Shown piece after piece: positions 63,941 through 64,000 of a stretch of DNA of 64,000 nt; position 1 is the stretch's first letter; every line of letters begins with the position of its first letter. The position numbers were made by a program, and so were the translations under genes. Below the pieces are notes generated by a model, which had not been told where the DNA came from, ran no database searches, and saw only the letters and a program-made list of their open reading frames with translations. This DNA is from the human T2T-CHM13v2.0 reference genome, Homo sapiens. The stretch lies in assembly GCF_009914755.1 (NCBI RefSeq), contig NC_060925.1; one strand, given 5' to 3'.

Positions 63941-64000
63941 AATTCTCAGTAACTTCCTTGTGTTGTGTGTATTCAACTGACAGAGTTGAACTTTCATTTA

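Larger units (their letters stand above)
1..64000 (+). repeat. Centromeric alpha-satellite array, SF1 (J1/J2) 340-bp dimer type; D1Z7/D5Z2/D19Z3-like (S1C1/5/19H1L)
   Basis: Continuous 340-bp periodicity (ORF track repeats every 340 bp). Monomers alternate 171 bp (e.g. 46-216) and 169 bp (217-385) and match the alphoid consensus (ttctcagaaac...ttcaactcacagag...gagcag...gaaacactct...gcaagtgga...ctagacagaa). There is one CENP-B box and one EcoRI GAATTC per dimer (first at 45-50). Alpha satellite is certain; the 1/5/19 family is assigned by recognition (about 0.85). Confidence 0.98.

Noticed and set aside
103-63952. Hundreds of 60-105 aa ORFs on both strands (MFPNCSMKRK..., MILRNSFVMC..., MCIQLTELN..., MEFASGDF...)
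   Set aside because: They recur every 340 bp because the DNA does and overlap on opposite strands. Many use GTG starts, they are freely broken by SNVs and indels, and they show no recognisable domain. They are useful only as haplotype barcodes.
1-64000. CRISPR-like or other prokaryotic repeat-spacer system
   Set aside because: There are no unique spacers, since the entire unit repeats, and no cas or other genes. The sequence is typical alphoid DNA.
1-64000. Inversion, L1/Alu insertion or foreign (vector) sequence
   Set aside because: All boxes are on the + strand, and anchor spacings are multiples of 340 within 5 bp, leaving no room for an insert. I saw no poly(A) tail or target-site duplication.
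1-64000. Synthetic alphoid (HAC, tetO/lacO) array
   Set aside because: No operator sequences were seen; the layered SNVs, hybrids and irregular unit lengths look natural.
1-64000. Assignment to chromosome 1, 5 or 19, or to the kinetochore/CENP-A domain
   Set aside because: The array family is shared by the three chromosomes and kinetochore position is epigenetic; mapping and chromatin data are needed.
1-64000. Non-coding centromeric RNA gene or promoter
   Set aside because: Alpha satellite can be transcribed, but no start site, promoter or terminator can be supported from this sequence.

Overview
The whole 64 kb is one uninterrupted, head-to-tail array of primate (human-type) centromeric alpha satellite on the + strand. 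I saw no genes, transposon insertions, inversions or non-alphoid DNA. The basic unit is a 340-bp dimer: a 171-bp A-box monomer plus a 169-bp monomer carrying the CENP-B box CTTCGTTGGAAACGGGA, with one EcoRI site per dimer. This is suprachromosomal family 1 (J1/J2), and I recognise it as the shared D1Z7/D5Z2/D19Z3 (S1C1/5/19H1L) live array; the chromosome cannot be decided by eye. All listed ORFs are repeat artefacts. I found no new gene-encoded system; the interesting signal is architectural. (1) A divergent 679-bp 4-monomer 'anchor' (XY) punctuates variable runs of near-identical dimers, giving higher-order repeat (HOR) units of 10-38 monomers. (2) The dimers fall into SNV-defined subtypes in a fixed order (XY-A-B-C-E-F-D), with a nested 1020-bp ABC repeat. 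(3) A ~24-29 kb tandem duplication was later edited by dimer-quantised indels. (4) The haplotype changes at ~46-48.4 kb. (5) An A10>G change in an essential CENP-B-box base is shared by all 12 left-type anchors. Dimer codes: A=cattct/aatagg/aacgatt; B=aatagtag/cgtagaaaaac/ctcgttgag; C=tttgtggtc/ctgttc/agctgtt/ctccttgag; E=aacttttct/tattatgct; F=A plus gactagaa; D=agtaaac/ttataaag/cccctttg; G=ggaaactatctt (+1 bp); H=gaaggatcc/gagagcagg.
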